DNA of 64,000 nucleotides, taken from positions 6,202,001 through 6,266,000 of the forward strand of contig NC_086109.1 of the NCBI RefSeq assembly GCF_963921235.1, written 5' to 3'. The notes beneath the pieces are model-generated. The model was not told the origin of the DNA and did not search any database. It worked only from the letters and a program-made list of their open reading frames with translations. Shown in pieces: positions 1 to 10,959 of the stretch (the stretch's first letter is position 1; each line of letters starts with the position of its first letter). Origin of the DNA: Mobula hypostoma (Eukaryota). A program made the position numbers and the translations under genes.

Positions 1-504
1 CGTACAAGTCAGTGATAGTAAACCTGATTGTGACAAATATATAATACTTGTGTAAGCCCTCGGCTGTTTCTTTATTTCCATTGGTTCTTAGTTGAAACTA
101 ATAAAACCAAACCTAATGCAAATCACACAGTGAGGCAGGCAGTATATGTGGAGAGTAAAACAGTTCCATTTTCCTTAAAACATAAAGGCCCTAATTCAGC
201 CAATCAAGTCCACGCTGCTTCACAGATCAATCACATCTCCTGCTAATTTCCCCCATACTCTGTTCGTCACACACTATCATCAACTACCTGCAGATTGCTC
301 TGCCTAATCCTTTACTGCAATCAATTAACTTGGCAACCGGCACATTGGTTGTTGTTGGAGGTCAGGATCTGAACTACTCTTTATGAGGCATAGGAGCAGA
401 ATTAGGCCGTTTGGCCCATTAAGCCTGATTTATTATACTTCTCAACCCCATTCTCCTGCATTTTCCCAGTAATCTTTGTTACTTGCGCTAATCAAGAACC
501 TAAT

Positions 505-1183
505 GGAGGAGGAGGAGAAGATGGTGGCGCGAAGCAGCGCGCAGCGGCTACTCTAGTGAATGACATCTATAATCTGTCAAGTAGGGTGCCATGCACAATC
601 CTGATTTGATGGAGACGGACGTGAGAGTACGGAGGAACATCTGGAGAAACTTCTGAAATGCCTTTTTCGCTGCCGCTGCTACTGTGTGATGCAGAATCCC
701 CGGAGGAGAAGGCCCCGAGTCCTCGGCTTTGCTTGTTTCTTGGTGGCCGGGGCGGGGTCGAAGTGCTCGGCAGAGATGGTGCTCTGTGTCGTAGGGCTGA
801 TCGGAGGCTCGAAGTTTTCGGACGGATTCAGAGTCGGCTGTGGTCGGGTGCTTCTAATGCATCGGCAGTTGTTGGCGCCCGGAGGTTTATGGCAGGGAGA
901 GTTTCTCCCTTTTGCCGCCTGCTACTGTATCGGGACTATCAGGAGTCGATCGGAACTTTGAGACTATTTTTTACCTTGCCCATGGTCTGCTCTTTATCAA
1001 ATTATGGTATTGCTTTGCACTGCTGTAGCTATATGTTATAATTATGTGGTCTTGTCAGTGTTAGTCTTTGGTTTGTCCTTTTTTTTGTGATATCACTCTG
1101 GAGGAACATTGTATCATTTCTTAATGCATGCATTTCTAAATGACAATAAACGAGGACTGAGTGTCCTCATAATCTAATCTAAT
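505..1183 (+). mobile_element. CpG-rich non-autonomous retroposon with (AATCT)n tail, inserted in a CR1 3' fragment
   Basis: Ends acaataaa...aatctaatctaatc. It splits the CR1-type sequence ctaatcaagaacct|...caacctc. Confidence 0.6.
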
Positions 1184-2199
1184 CAACCTCTTTGCGGGGC
1201 CCAACACTGCTCACAAAACTCCTAATTCTGATCTGACCAATGTCTTATAAAACCTCAGCATTGCATCCTTAATTTTTATATCCCAGTCCTCTTGAAACAA
1301 ATATTAACATTCTTTCGTTACTACCAACGCAACCTTTAGGGAAACCCGCACACAGATTCTCAAGTCCTTCTTCACCTTCAATTTCTGAATTTGGTCCTCA
1401 GTTAGAAAACAGTCCACACCCTTATTTCTTCTACTAAATGCATGACCATATAGTTCCCTACCCTATGTTCCATTTGCCGCTTCTTTGCCAATTCTATGAA
1501 TCTGTTGAAGTCCTTCTGCAATTCCCTGCTTCCTTGACACTGGTTACACCCTTCCACCATCTTTGTATCATTCATGACCTTGGCCACAAAGCCATCGATT
1601 CTGACATCCAGATTATAATTTATATTTGCATTATATTTTACTTTCACAACCTTACCGTACACTTGTCAAACATCATCTTCCACAGATGCTCACTGATCCA
1701 CTTTGGTATTTCTGGCATCTGCTGTCTTTTAGTTTGAGGCATAGTCTATTCAGCTGGGGTTAAGGTAGATGTAGACGTCAAATTCAATGAGTAAGTAAAT
1801 TTGAAACAAAGGAGCGAGTCAGCAATGGTACCCAGGAGACTACAGGTGCAACAAGGCCTGTGGGTGACTCCTTTTGCAGAAGGAACTCTGCCTTGGTGCA
1901 GACTGATACCAGTCACACACAACAACTTTTAGCTTTAGTTGTCATATGTACATCAAAACATGCAGTGAAATGCGTCATTTTGAGTCAATGACTAGTGCAG
2001 TCTGAGGGCGTCTGGGGGCAGCCCGCAAGTGTCAACATGCTTCACTGAGCCAATATAGCATGTCCACATCTTGCTAACTAACCTTTCTTTTGTACATCTT
2101 TGGAATGTGAGGGGAGATCCACCTGGTCACAGGGAGACTGTGCAAACTCCTTACAGACTGAACCCAGGTCACTGATTGCTGACACTGCAAAGTTTTATG

Positions 2200-2650
2200 C
2201 TAACCGCTATTCTACCTCACCATCCTCCCATTCGAGACATTTACCAGGAGCGCTGCATACGTAGGACCCTTGGGTTTTTCAATGATCCCTCCCATCTGTC
2301 CAACAATCTCTTTGACCCCCTACCATCCAACAAGAGGTACTATATCATTAGAACAAGTACCGATAGGACAGGGAACAGCTTCTTCCCCCAGGCTGTGAAA
2401 CTACTGAACTCCCTTCCACCACCCAAGTCTCATCACGTATGAAGCGCCAGTAGCGTTATACTGTTTACTTTTTCACTTGTGTCATAAATGCACCTTAGTA
2501 TTTTAAAAATTTATTCGTGGTAATATTACTTTGTGTTTTGTGTGTGTGTTTGTGTGTTACATGTACTGTGCTGTGCACCTCAGTCCATCAGAACATTGTT
2601 TCATTCGGTGGTATACATGTATACAGTTGAATGACAATGAATTTGAACTA
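2200..2650 (+). mobile_element. Rex/Babar-like LINE 3' end
   Basis: IYQERCIRR..NDPSHLSNNLFDPLPSNKRY...NSFFPQAVKLLN, the typical C-terminus, followed by a 3'UTR. Confidence 0.75.
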
Positions 2651-2860
2651 GAGGAAGAAAGGACAACTTCATGTAATAAAAAACATCCTCCTTGTATCAA
2701 GAGAATCTGTAGCTAGCTCCACATTATCAAGGAAAACCAACAAATATATAGAAATAATTCAAAGGGAAGTAATCCAAATCCCAGATTGTTGAGGGTTTAA
2801 AGTGCTAAAGGCAACTGATGAATTTATTGTTTTAAACAACGGTTCCCTTTTATTCTACAG

Positions 2861-3048
2861 GAGGAAACTCCGGGCAGACATACAGGCTGCCTTTTCTTTG
2901 TCTGCTGATCAACTGTCACGCCTCATACCCAACAAGGAGGATCTGAATGTGATGAAAATGTACCTGCACAAAGGAGAAGCAGTGACTGTTTATGTTTTGA
3001 ACAAAAACCCCATCTTCTTTGAAATGGACAAGAGATTCTATCCAACAG
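2861..3048 (+). CDS. EIF2D: EIF2D exon 2 (first exon in window; N-terminal pre-PUA region)
   Basis: ttctacag|G acceptor and |gtctgg donor. Encodes RKLRADIQAAFSLSADQLSRLIPNKEDLNVMKMYLHKGEAVTVYV..NPIFFEMDKRFYPT, matching the vertebrate EIF2D N-terminus. Confidence 0.95.
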
Positions 3049-3809
3049 GTCTGGTTGGTTTAATTTTGATCATTTTCTAAAAGCCCCTGAAAGAGCAGAG
3101 TTATTAATTGTTAGAAACTTGTCATTCAGATGTAAGTTGTTTAGCTCTGAGGGAGAAAAAGCTAGTTTGATGTTTTGAAGAAAGGTCTCAGCACGTAATA
3201 TTGACTGTTTATTCATTTCTATAAATGCTACCTGACCTGCTGAGTTCCTCCAGCATTTTGCGTGTGAGTTGCTTTGGATTTCTAGCATCTGCAGAGTTTG
3301 TCGTGTTTCTGCTCGATGTTTGGTGTTCGTTGGTTGTAGGAGCCGTGTACCTATTTTGGGTCTGTCAGTATTGCATTTGTGTTGTGTGTTTAATATCGGC
3401 ACATGGGTTGGGACGTGTAGAAGCAAATGAGTATAGCTACATATTCACGCTTTGTCTTTAGGTCAGTTTAGTCTAGTTGAGAATTAGAGCCGTCAGTTGA
3501 TTTTTTTTTTGGTTGCTAACCGATCTTAAGACCGCGATTAGCTTTGCTAGTTGCTACTATATCGTTATTAGACTTTATTTAGTTATATCATTAGTTTTAG
3601 ATTCATTAGTTTTCTATTGCTACAAGATCGGTTGTCTTTGCTGGTTTCTTACTCCTTTGAGTTTTGGAACTTGGTATTTAAAGTTCATCGTACTGTGCCA
3701 ATCCTGTGCTTAATCTCACAGCGGTTTGGCTTTGTTTTCAGGTAACTGCTACAGTGGTTATCTTAAGGGGATCCTTTGAGTCACTTGCAGTTCCATACCA
3801 AGGCTGCCC

Positions 3810-4250
3810 TAGATTTACCAATTGATGTTGCCAGGTTTTGAGGGCCTGAATTATAGGGAAAGGCTGAATAGCTTAGGATTTTATTTCCCTGGAGTGTCAG
3901 AGAATGGAGGTATAAATAGGTCAATGCAAGCAGGCTTTTTCCACTGAAGTTGGGTGCAACTCGAACTAGAGGTCATGGGTTAAGAGTGAAAGGTGAACTG
4001 TTTGAGGGGAACATGAGGGGGATCTTCATCAATCAAAGGCTGGTGCGAATGTGGAATGAGCTGCCAGTGGAAGGGGTGGATGCAAATTCGATTTCGACAT
4101 TTAAGAGAAATTTGGATAATTACATTGATGGAAGGGGTATGGAGAGCTGTGGTGCAGGTGCGGGTCAATGGCACAAAGCAGAATGATAATTCAGCACAGG
4201 CTAGATAGGCCAAAGGGCCTGTTTCTGTGCTGTATTGCTCTATGATTCTG
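3810..4250 (+). mobile_element. CR1 LINE 3' end
   Basis: TRTRGHGLRVKGELF..F..QRLVRMWNELP motif and a ctatgattct tail. Confidence 0.85.
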
Positions 4251-4493
4251 TGATAGATGTGGAGTGAACAAATTGGGACATCAGAATATTTTTAATCAAG
4301 ACTTGACAGAGGTTGTATGTCAGAATTTCCTGTGAAGTGCCTGGCAGATTGATCTGTGATAATTGAGATAATTCAGCAGGACTGAAAACCAAACCATTAC
4401 TGAATCAATCATTCCTCTTGCTGAGGTACTGAAGCAAATCAGGGAACGTATGAAATAGGCTTACAGTTTAGAAGCACCCCGCATATTGTAAAG

Positions 4494-5696
4494 CAGGGGC
4501 CCCCAACCGTTTTTGCATTGCGGACCGGTTTAATATTGACAATATTCTTGCAGACTGGCCGACCCGGGGTGGGGGGGGGATGTAGGGGTAGGGTTGCCAA
4601 TGGACAAGAGTAGCAGTCAAATACGTTGTTTATCCCGAGAAAGACTACAATGACCATGAAACCTTGCGCGGGCACTAGCGCGCATGCGTGACTTGCGAAT
4701 GTACCTGCCGATTTCTCTCAACAAATCGTTTTTGGCGATTCTGTTCTGGGGGGGGGGCGGGAGTGTTAATCATGACCGGTATATAAGTGATTAAGTGGCT
4801 TAGACACTCAATTTCGTTTCTAAAAGTGTTTATCTAACGAATTTAATATTAAACTCTCAGCGCATATTTTCCTCGCATGAGTATAGTGATGTCAATTATC
4901 AGGGGAGCTTGAAGTAAGTGTTGAACGAACTTCCAGTAGAAGTGGTGGAGGCAGGTTCAATATTATCATCTAAAGAAAAATTGGATAGGTATATGGACAG
5001 GAAAGGAATGGAGGGTTATGGGCTGAATGCAGGTCGGTGGGACTAGGTGAGAGTAGCGTTCGGCACGGACTAGAAGGAGTGAGATCGCTTGTTTCCGTGC
5101 TGCAATTGTTATATGGTTATATAAGTAAGTCAATAGCATCATAGCATTTAAGTAACATTTGGATATTAAACACACAGCACATATTTTCCCTGTATGAACA
5201 TATAAAATCATCGCAACACACCAACATCGCTGAATCAGTGGAAGCCCTGGGCTTGTTTCCCTGCAACAACACGGTCCTATCGAGGGGTGATGGGAGACAG
5301 CAATACTCGAAGGGGGTTCCTTATGTCCAGTCTATTCCGCAATTTAATTTTCGTTGCATTCATTGCAGAGATATGTTGGAAATGGAAGAAACGTTTTCAG
5401 TGCTTTCGTGGCTCTCAGGATATTCAGCCTTGACTTTGATCCAGAATGCCGGCAGAGATGTTATGTCAAACATACTTTTCAGCCCGCCGTCATTTGCAAG
5501 CTGGAGGAGTTGATCTCCTTCCCGCGCTAACATGCATGACGCGCGGGTAATGACCTTGCGTGCGTTCAAGTTCAACAGGGCGTGACAGGGAATGAGGAAA
5601 TGTGCAGTTGACTCATCGCCAAATCATATCATTTCCTCGCATGCACATGCTCTGCAGCCCAGTACCGGTCCGCGGCCCGGTGGTTGGGGACCACTG
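4494..5696 (-). mobile_element. Non-autonomous hAT (Charlie-like) DNA transposon
   Basis: TIRs caggggcccccaacc / ggttggggaccactg; perfect 8-bp TSD ttgtaaag (4486-4493, 5697-5704); - strand remnant of the hAT dimerisation region (LQLANDGGLKSMF..LPAFWIKVKAEYPE). Confidence 0.9.
4920..5122 (+). mobile_element. 5'-truncated CR1 3' end nested in the hAT element
   Basis: CR1-type 3' sequence flanked by the direct repeat aagtaagt (4912-4919, 5123-5130). Confidence 0.75.
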
Positions 5697-5986
5697 TTGT
5701 AAAGCACTTGGTGCTGCTTGGGTTCGAGATCGAGTTCTTCACTCTTTGTCCAGGTGAGCTGGAAATCTGGCTGTTGAAAATCTAAAAAATTATTTGTATT
5801 TTATTTGGTCAATTTTTGTAAGAAGCAACTTATTTCCCATGGAGTATGACAATAATCTCATTAAAACATACAAAATCCTTAAGTGGTTTGACAGGGTAAA
5901 TGTAACTGGTGTGTTTAGAACCAATAGTCCCACCTCAAAGTAGGGACAGAAGATTTGAGACAGAGGATAAAACTTTAGAATTCTAC

Positions 5987-7140
5987 TTGGATTTTCAGAA
6001 GGCCTTTGACAAGGTGCCACACATGAGGCTTCTTAACAAGCTATGAGCCCATGGTATTACAGGGAAGATTCCTGCATGGATAAAACGGTGGTTGATTGGT
6101 AGGAGGCAAAGAGTGGAAATAAAGGGAGTCTTTTCTGATTGGCTGCCAGTGACTAGTACTGTCCCACAGGGGTCTGCGTTGGGACTGATGCTTTTTACGT
6201 GAATGTCAGTGATTTGGATAAAGGAATTGATGACTTTGTTGCAAAGTTTGCAGATTATGTGAAGATAGGTGGAGGGGCAGGTAGTTTTGAGGGAAAGAGT
6301 CTACATAAGGACTTAGAAGAATGGTTAAAGAAATGGCAGATGGAATACAATGTTGGGAAGTGTTTGGTCATGCATTTTGGTAGAATTGAAAGGGTTGACT
6401 ATATTCTAAATGGAGTGAAAATACAAAACACTGAGGTGCAAAGGGATTTGGGAGTCCTTGTGCAGGATTCCCTAAAGGTTAATTTGCCAGTTGAGGCTAT
6501 GGTACTTAAGGCAAATGAAATATTAGCATTCATTTCAAGAGGATTAGAATATAAAAGCAAGGATGTAATGTTGAGACTTTATAAAGCACTAGTGAAACCT
6601 CACTTAGTATTGTTGGCAGTTTTGGGCCCCTTATCTTGGAAAGGATGTGGTGAAACTGGAGAAGATAAAAAGGAGGTTCACAAAAATGATTCCAGGATTG
6701 AAAGACTTGTCATATGAAGAGTGTATAATGACTCTGGGCCTGTATTTGCTAGAATTCAGAAGAATAAGGGGTGACATCATTGAAGCCTATCAAATGGTGA
6801 AAGGCCTTGATAGAGTGGATGTGGAGAGGATGTTTCATATGGCGGGAGAGTCTAAGACCAGAGGACAGAGTCTCAGAATAGAGGGGCTTCCTTTTAGAAT
6901 GGAAATGAGGGATTTCTTTAGTCAGAGAGTGGCGAACCTGGAATTCTTTATGTATAAAGTCTTTATGTATATTTAAGGCAGAGATTGATAGATTCTTGAT
7001 TGGTCGGGGCATGAAGGGTTACGAGGAGAAGGCAGGAGTTTGGGGCTAAGAGGAAAATTAGATCACCCATGATGAAATGGCGGAGCAGATTCAATGGGCC
7101 AAATGGCTTAATTCTGCTCCTATATCTTATAGTCTTATGC
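5987..7140 (+). mobile_element. CR1 LINE ORF2 (RT) 3' portion, degenerate
   Basis: LDFQKAFDKVPH, KFADY, WQMEYNVGKCLVMHFG, RDLGVLV motifs; tcttat tail. Confidence 0.9.
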
Positions 7141-7144
7141 TGTT

Positions 7145-7348
7145 ATGGTCAGAGTTGTTAACCCTGAGCTGAATCCCAAACCTGGAACACCAGTGGACCA
7201 CTCTTAGTCTAACCTCTGCCTTTTGACCTATTTGGCATGGGTGACCCTACCAAGAGCCAAAGCATAAAGCCCTGACTCCAGCCAGTATGGCTCTCTGGGT
7301 CACTGAGATACACAAGCGTCCAAACCCTACGACAAGGTTGAGGTCCTC
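7145..7348 (-). mobile_element. RTE-clade 5'UTR-derived non-autonomous element (second copy 44160-44361)
   Basis: On -: ggac..caaccttgtcgt...tcagtgaccc..gagcca...tggtagggtcacccatgcc..aggtca...gtggtccactgg, resembling BovB/Rex3 5'UTRs; two copies in window. Confidence 0.6.
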
Positions 7349-8213
7349 TGTCACGGACCCCGTGACGGGAGTAAAGAACCAGCAGAGATGGAAAACACTT
7401 TGGAGTCCAGTATTGCTATTAACTAATAATATTTATTAGTAACTATGCAATACAGTAATATAAATGTAGATAAATCAAACAGGTTAGCAATGATTATATA
7501 TGTAAGTATATCAGTAAGTGTGGAAATATATGTGAAAAACCAAGCTTCTTCAAGTCTATGGGTAAAAAGATACAGTCTTACGATGATGAGTAAAGTTCAG
7601 TTTAGTTCGTGGTGTTGAGTTGAGTAGTGACGGAGAGAGAGAGAGAGAGGGAGAGATTTGAGTCTTCAGTTGAGCTGACGTCATCGATCTTCCCGTTGTC
7701 CTCCGAAATCCTTTAAAAGTCACCGACTGTGACCACAACAAAGGGGACCAGTTTCTCTATGGTGGAGCTATCAACCCAGGCAAAGGTTGGACACACGGAC
7801 AACTCCCCACCGGTTACTGCCTTTTCACTGCAAGAGCCACTGATCGATCTGCCTCATTGATCCTCCAAAAAAACCCACTTTTTCTGTGGGCACAACGAAG
7901 CTCATTCAGTGTCCACTAACACGTGCCTGAGCTCTATCATCTGACCTCCTATTTCATCTTCCCGTGCCGAGTACCAACTGTCAGTCAAATAACTCCCCCC
8001 TTCTCTGTCTGTGTAAGAATACAAGCAGGCGATATCCTTGAGGAAAGTATAAACAAACCTGTAGAGAAATCATAACATCGATTGTCCATCAAATAACGCC
8101 GCCCTCGGTCACCATAGCAACTTACGAGCTGCTCGGTGCCATCTCCCACTCAGCAAAGATCCAGAAGTTAGCCAGTTCTTTCTCGTGCCTTAAAGTGACA
8201 GTCCAAAAGTTAG

Positions 8214-8258
<45 letters not shown>

Positions 8259-8299
8259 TTCCTTCTCCCTTTTCAAAACAACATGTTGGTGTTAAATAA

Positions 8300-8331
<32 letters not shown>

Positions 8332-8469
8332 ATCTCTATCTCTCTCTATCTCTATCTCTATCTCTCTCTATCTCTATCTCTATCTCTATCTCTCTCTATC
8401 TCTATCTCTATCTCTCTCACTCTCTCTTCAAAAGCACAGTTCATAGGGGTAATTCAGGACCCCATCACA
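7349..8469 (-). mobile_element. Solo LTR (Gypsy-like) containing (CT)n/(CTAT)n microsatellites
   Basis: TGTCACGG...CCATCACA termini; AATAAA on the - strand near 7430; no matching TSD. Confidence 0.7.
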
Positions 8470-8780
8470 AGCTGTTGTGGCTAAATCTCAGAAACTTCTT
8501 AAGGCAGGGGTTCACCAGATGTTATGCAATTTGAGGAATATGGGGTTATTATTGTTTAGTATTTATTTTAGAGCTATAGCACAGTAACAGCCCCTTCCGG
8601 CCCAATGAGACCATGCAAACTAATTTACTCACCAACGTGTACTCTTTGGAGTGTGGGAGGAAACAGGACCAAACCATCGCGGTCGTGTGCAAACTCCTTA
8701 TAGATAGTGGTGGAATTGAACCTTCCTGGGTCGCTGGTGCTTTAATAGTGTTACACTAAATGTAACTTTGGATTGATGTA

Positions 8781-8854
8781 AAGCTCTGCTGGGATTTGAA
8801 CCCAGAATCTCCTGTTTACTAGACAGGCACTTTAACCATCTAAACCACAGAGCC
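8781..8854 (-). tRNA. tRNA-Thr(AGT), probably a pseudogene
   Basis: GGCTCTGTGGTTTAGATGGTTAAAGTGCCTGTCT-AGT-AAACAGGAGATTCTGGGTTCAAATCCCAGCAGAGCTT is a 74-nt cloverleaf resembling vertebrate tRNA-Thr, but has a G1:T72 pair, a wobble-weakened D stem and no T4 terminator. Confidence 0.8.
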
Positions 8855-10634
8855 ACAATTGCAGAAAATGAATCTAAGTTTTAAAAGAAACAGAGTCAGG
8901 TTTAATATCACCAGCATGTGGTGAAATCTGTAAACATGAGAAATTCTGCAGATGCTGGAAATCCAAAGCAGCACTTTTCAGGACTCGGGTCCTGAAGAAG
9001 GGTCTCAGCCCGAAACATTGACTGTTTATTTCTCTCCATAGATGCTGCCTGACTTGCTGAGTTCCTCCAGCATTTTGTGTGTGTGTGTGTGTGTGTGTAC
9101 TTCTATATAGTGAGGTAGTGTTCGTGGGTTCATTGTCCATTCAGAAATCTGATGGCGGAGGGGAAGAAGCTCTCAGATATGTTACTGAATAGTGTAGCAG
9201 GAACAGGTGTCCAAATGAAACACTTCTGGTAAATTGGTAAATCAGTTTATTATTGTCACATGTACCAAGGCACAGTGGCAAATTTATCTTGCGTATCACC
9301 ATCCATGCAGATCAAATATTAAATCAGTGCTCTGAGGTAGAACAAGGTACAACAATAATGTGTAACAGTTACGGAGAAAGAATAAGGTGTAAGGCCATAA
9401 TGAAGGAGATTGTGAGGTCGAGTCCAACTAATTGTACTAGGGGACCATTCACCAGTCTTATAACAGCGGTCCTTGAGCAGACATGAGCTGATGATTCATT
9501 GTCTTGCACTGGAGACCATGTGCTTTTCGCTCTTACATTTGCATTATAATGCTTGATTATATATCTCTCTTAGCTGTTCAATTCCTTTAACTCTGATGCA
9601 GGGAGGTGGATAATGGACTCTCATCCAGCTTGCTCAGACTATTGTATCTTCTTCCTTATGGGGGTGGGGGGGAGAAGAGAGGATGTCCGACATGGGTAGT
9701 GTCTGATTACACTGGCTGCTTTACCAAGGCGGGAGTCCGTGGCGGGTTGGTTGATTCCGTTGCTGTGCTGAGCCCTGTCCACAACGCTGTGCTGTTCCTC
9801 GCAGGCTCAGCTGAGCAGTCACTATACCAAGCCATGATGCCTCCAGACAGGAGGCTTTCTATGGTGCACCAGTAAAATTTGAGGGTCAACAGAAATATGC
9901 CAATTTTGTTTAGGAAGTAGATATGCTGGTGAGCTTTCTGCCTCCTTTTCTTGCAAATCTAAAAATATTTCTTTCTTCTAAAAATGATTAAGTTGATTGC
10001 TTGGTCAGAGTTAAACTAAGAACTATTTTAAATGGCAGATAATTATTACCTTTCCATTAACATTCCCAGAAGAGTATTTCACTGAAGTTAATAGCTGCAA
10101 TTTACTCATGATTAATATGCTCCTACTCTGTTATTTCAGAGAACATTTCAAAAGAGGATGGTGCCACAGTTATTTGGGTAGAGATTTCAATCGGGGGAGG
10201 CAATAGCAAGTAAATTTATAAAGTGAGTCTGGTAACAGTAGGAGTCAATGAGCCGTGTGGGCAGAAGGGAAGATCAACAAAATACTCGCAAAGATGTAGC
10301 ACTTCACGTTGTTCCTGCTGTATTTAACATTATTTTATGTACGTTCTGTCTTTTGTTCAAGAGGTCTCTGTGCTTCATTGACCTCAACCTACAGACTCAC
10401 GTTCAATGACTCTACAACTCATGTTCTCGGTATTATTTATTTATTTGTTTGTTTATTTTATTTGCAGTTTGTCTTTTTGTAGGTTGGTAGTTTTTCATTG
10501 ATTCTATTGTATTTCTTTGTTATACTGTAAATGCCTGCAAAAAAGTAAGAATCCCCAGGTAGTATATGGCTGTGGTCCGCAGCCTGGAGATTGGGGACCA
10601 CTGGTATATGGTGACATATGGGTACTTTAATAAT

Positions 10635-10850
10635 GATAAAAAGAAGAAAGCCCTTAACACTGAGTGGAGTTATCAGGATACCGTCATGACAGCGGTTTTT
10701 TAGCAGGCTTTTTTATTATTACGAGGCCAAGTTGCTAGCTCAACGCTCAACCCAGCATGGATGGAAAGCGTGCAAGGGAGCCGGCTGGATTCGAACTCGG
10801 GAGCCTTCGCTCCGAAGTCCAGCACTGATGCCACTACACCACCAGCCGGC
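10635..10850 (-). mobile_element. tRNA-derived SINE
   Basis: A box TGGTGTAGTGG and B box GAGTTCGAATCC; 12-bp TSD tactttaataat (10623-10634, 10851-10862). Confidence 0.85.
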
Positions 10851-10959
10851 TACTTTAATAATCAACTTACTTTGAATTTTGAACATTTGATCTTCCTATC
10901 ATTACTGAATGCTCATGTGTGACAGGACCACGTTGCTTCCTTGTGTTAGCTACGCCAGA

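Noticed and set aside
658..1041. 127-aa ORF as possible EIF2D exon 1 or separate gene
   Set aside because: Lies inside a retroposon with a simple-repeat tail; the expected MFAKAFRVKSNT-like start is not present in the window
9489..9596. Box C/D snoRNA (TGATGA ... CTGA)
   Set aside because: The box C motif is not kept in the second copy at 15652, no terminal stem is seen, and the segment behaves as an insertion
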